From Lingula anatina (lineage: Eukaryota; Animalia; Brachiopoda): a stretch of 64,000 bases of DNA. A program made the translations under genes and the position numbers. The stretch is taken from NCBI GenBank assembly GCA_051362555.1, contig CM120644.1, positions 17,072,534 to 17,136,533 on the forward strand, written 5' to 3'. Shown one piece after another: positions 60,983 through 64,000 of the stretch. Within the stretch, counting starts at the first letter, position 1. Every line of letters starts with the position of its first letter. The notes beneath the pieces were generated by a model. It had not been told where the DNA came from, searched no databases, and saw only the letters and a program-made list of their open reading frames with translations.

Positions 60983-61321
60983 AGGGATAATAACTCTTCG
61001 TATGAGATCTATATTTCACAATAAAAACATTGTGAATAACTCATAAAAATATAATATATTCTGTTTTACCACAAAAATGGCAGCTATAAGTTTTTATTCT
61101 GATATCTGAGCATGTCCTTAGACCACGTGACCTCCATTGATGGCTATACTCTGTTAAAATCTCTTAAGAGATTTTAACAAAAAAACCAAACTTTTTAGAA
61201 AAAAACCAGGGACTAACTTTGAATGTAAAAATGGATTCATTAACCATTGGTAAGTGTGGGAAAATTGTTGTTTACTCCAGGAAAATTCATTTTTTGGCCG
61301 AAACAAAGAGTTATTATCCCT
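60983..61321. mobile_element. TTAA-flanked MITE (Kolobok-like)
   Basis: TTAA|AGGGATAATAACTCTT ... AAGAGTTATTATCCCT|TTAA perfect TIRs and TSD. Confidence 0.85.
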
Positions 61322-62299
61322 TTAACTGAGTATGCGATTACACTCAATGAAATTTGCCAAGAATCCCCACAGAGTTAGATTGACCCAACTTGTGCGATGG
61401 GTTAATGGGAACACTCCCTTAGAACAAATTAGAATTGGGGCCTATTTCTACACACAATTTTAACAAAAGTAGGCGAGGCATCAGGCCCCAGTTTCACAAA
61501 AAAAACTTCTGTCAGTTCCTAGGCTTAGTTGACTAGAATTTCCATGAGAGTGCTGTTACATTGCTCCTGATAGGGTAAGACTTGCCCATGTGACCATGCA
61601 TGTAACCTTGGTAATTAAGTTCTTAGCAAGGGAACCTGACATCAAGTTTTTTTTTTTTTTTTTTTTATTTGAAACTACTTGCAGAAGTATCAGAATGGCT
61701 CCCTATGGTTAGATACTGTAACAACAGAACTAAGTTAATCCATAACAACCATTATTTAAATGCACCTATCAGAAACATGTCAACTAAGCAGGTGGTGAAA
61801 TTGGAACATCTCCTTGAAGAGCAGATTGAAATATCTTCGTATAAATTGAAATCAGTTCGCAAGGGGAAGGGCAGACACTTGATTTCAATTCCATCTGCAA
61901 TGCTGCACATTTTGATGAATTTGTTTCACCATCTTTCCCAGAATTAACTTGGATCTGACCTATTCTTTTCACCCACATCTATCCCAGAATTCACTTTATC
62001 CGCTAAATCATTATTCTTGTTGAAAACAATAATTTCAACAACAAACTCTAGACAAACAAGACCATATACTGTTTACTTATTCAGACATATCACCTATACA
62101 GTTTAATGCAATTAAAAAGCAAATCAGACAGCTCACCCGCCTTGACCTAAAACTATACATTCCATCAAAATATAAATAAAGCTGCCAACCCTCAAAAAAA
62201 TATAGCAAGGTATGGCTACCAACTGTTTAGCAATTCAGGCAGTTCACCAACCCAATACAAACAGTCAAGTGTTTTTTTAAGCACTACCAGACTTTGATA

Positions 62300-62650
62300 A
62301 TACATTAAACCCACCAAGTGACGGTATAATAAACCCACTAGGCTGTGGTGCACTGAACCCACTAAAATGGTCCATTAAACCCAACAAGCAGTGGTACAAT
62401 AAACCCACCAGGCAATAGTACAATAAACCTACCAAACATGGTTGCAATAAACCCATCAAAGAACGGTACAATAAACCCACCAAGCAGTGGTACAATAAAC
62501 CCACCCAACGGTGGTACAATAAACCCACCAACGAACGGTGCAATTAACCCACCAGGCAGTGGCATATAGACCCACCAAACAGTGGTGCAATAAACACCCC
62601 AAACAGCAATGCATTGAAACAAACAAGCACTGGTACACTAAACCCACATA
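62300..62650. repeat. ~24-bp minisatellite (aataaacccaccaagcagtggtac)
   Basis: About 13 degenerate copies visible. Confidence 0.9.
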
Positions 62651-64000
62651 GCCCCAAACCTGGATGGTTATCCATTTTCACCATCCCTCCAATCAGACAT
62701 CTAATGTACCCAGTCCCAGGACTTGTAAAACACTTCATCTCATTGTAAATAATACGGTAATGCAGCATCTATTTATATTCGTCCCCTGTGTGACTAGGAC
62801 TACTGCCTGGCTACAGCAGCAATAATACAGGAGATTTAATTGGCTCTACTGCTATTTTTACCCAGAATTATTGATCTGAAATACACAGGAGAGGAGAACA
62901 ATTTGACCCAACTCTCTGCAATACAGCAACAATAATCTTAATAAGATATTGGGTAGGGTATAATTTGATGGCATGGGAGTAAGTAAAGGTGATGGCCATG
63001 CTACAGACGGAAACAATGCACAAAATAATGAGGATATCCTTTTTCCATAAACTCACATGCAATATCTCCATACTGCATAAATTCAATTTGGAGCCAGTGT
63101 TAGAGGAATGAGAGCTGCCTCTTTCCTTTTGATTTTCAATGCCATCTTAACTCATCTTTTTAAGTCAATAAGACCACAAAAATAAATTGTTTAGAGAGAT
63201 ATTAAAATGTCAAAAATGATAATATCACCATACATATTTTTTTCTAACATAAAAATCAAGTTTATAGTAGAAAATTAGTTAACATGAATCTTAACAGTAA
63301 ACCCACAATAGTGACTGAGAGAAAAATACAAAATGTCTTCAGAATTCCTCGATTTACTATTAACAGTACATGTGCATAAAAAACAGCAAGGAAACTTCCA
63401 CAAACTATTAGTCGGAAGACCAGAAAGCACTATTCTACCTGGCCAAGGCAAGATGTACCTACAACTTGCTCTACAACTAAGCTGTCAAATAAAATGAGCA
63501 CATAACCAGATAAAATTACCAGGAAAAGCTGCAGTTCCTGCAATTACCAAGATTCTGTGCTAAAAATGGACACTCGACTTCCTTCTGCTGCACAAGACGG
63601 ATGGTTTCGAATGCAGAACCTTTTTTTCGTCTAAAAGCAAACACATACTCCAGCCATAACAGAAGCACCTCATTTTGCCTTTTGGCATTTTACAAGAGGA
63701 GACGAGTTTACAGAGAGTTTTTAAACTCTGAATGGCAGAGATTAAAGGATGGTTCAAAGCAGGAGAGCATCAGACTCTGATATTAAACTCAAGCACCAGT
63801 TATGCACTTTCCATCTGAGATATTTAAGAATTTGGTGTTGCACTACCATGAGACTGAAGGCATGCTATAAACAGTATAAGCCAAATTACAAAAAAAAATC
63901 TCATCATATCACATCAGCATTAAAATGAATACATTTATTGTTTGTATCTGCATTTTCGCATGTATGCGCGGGTTTATGCATGCTGGTGCACACATAACAA

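Noticed and set aside
62277-62768. Repetitive ORFs (VGLLYHCL)n / (GGFIVPLL)n
   Set aside because: Translation of a ~24-bp minisatellite that is open in several frames, with frameshifts and no splice support.

Overview
AT-rich, intron-rich animal genomic DNA, probably a mollusc or other lophotrochozoan (inferred from repeat types; not provable here). Most of the window is one minus-strand class IIa histone deacetylase gene (HDAC4/5/7/9 type). I assembled it by hand as 23 coding exons from ATG 51062 to TGA 12663. All junctions are GT-AG and phase-consistent, giving 3240 nt and 1079 aa, with a MEF2-binding motif, 14-3-3 sites and a deacetylase domain that keeps the catalytic Tyr (LEGGY). At the left end is the 5' part of a second minus-strand gene that the ORF track misses. 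It is an ankyrin-repeat gene built from ~405-410-bp tandem exon+intron cassettes, one ANK repeat per phase-0 exon, with near-identical introns but variable binding-surface residues. The rest is non-autonomous DNA transposons (a TA-TSD TIR element with a nested Helentron-like HINE, a HINE carrying a 146-bp satellite with DR1 motifs, and Kolobok-, Harbinger- and hAT-like MITEs), a perfect 98-bp-arm palindrome, tandem duplications spanning splice sites, a 45-bp element repeated exactly in two introns, and microsatellites.
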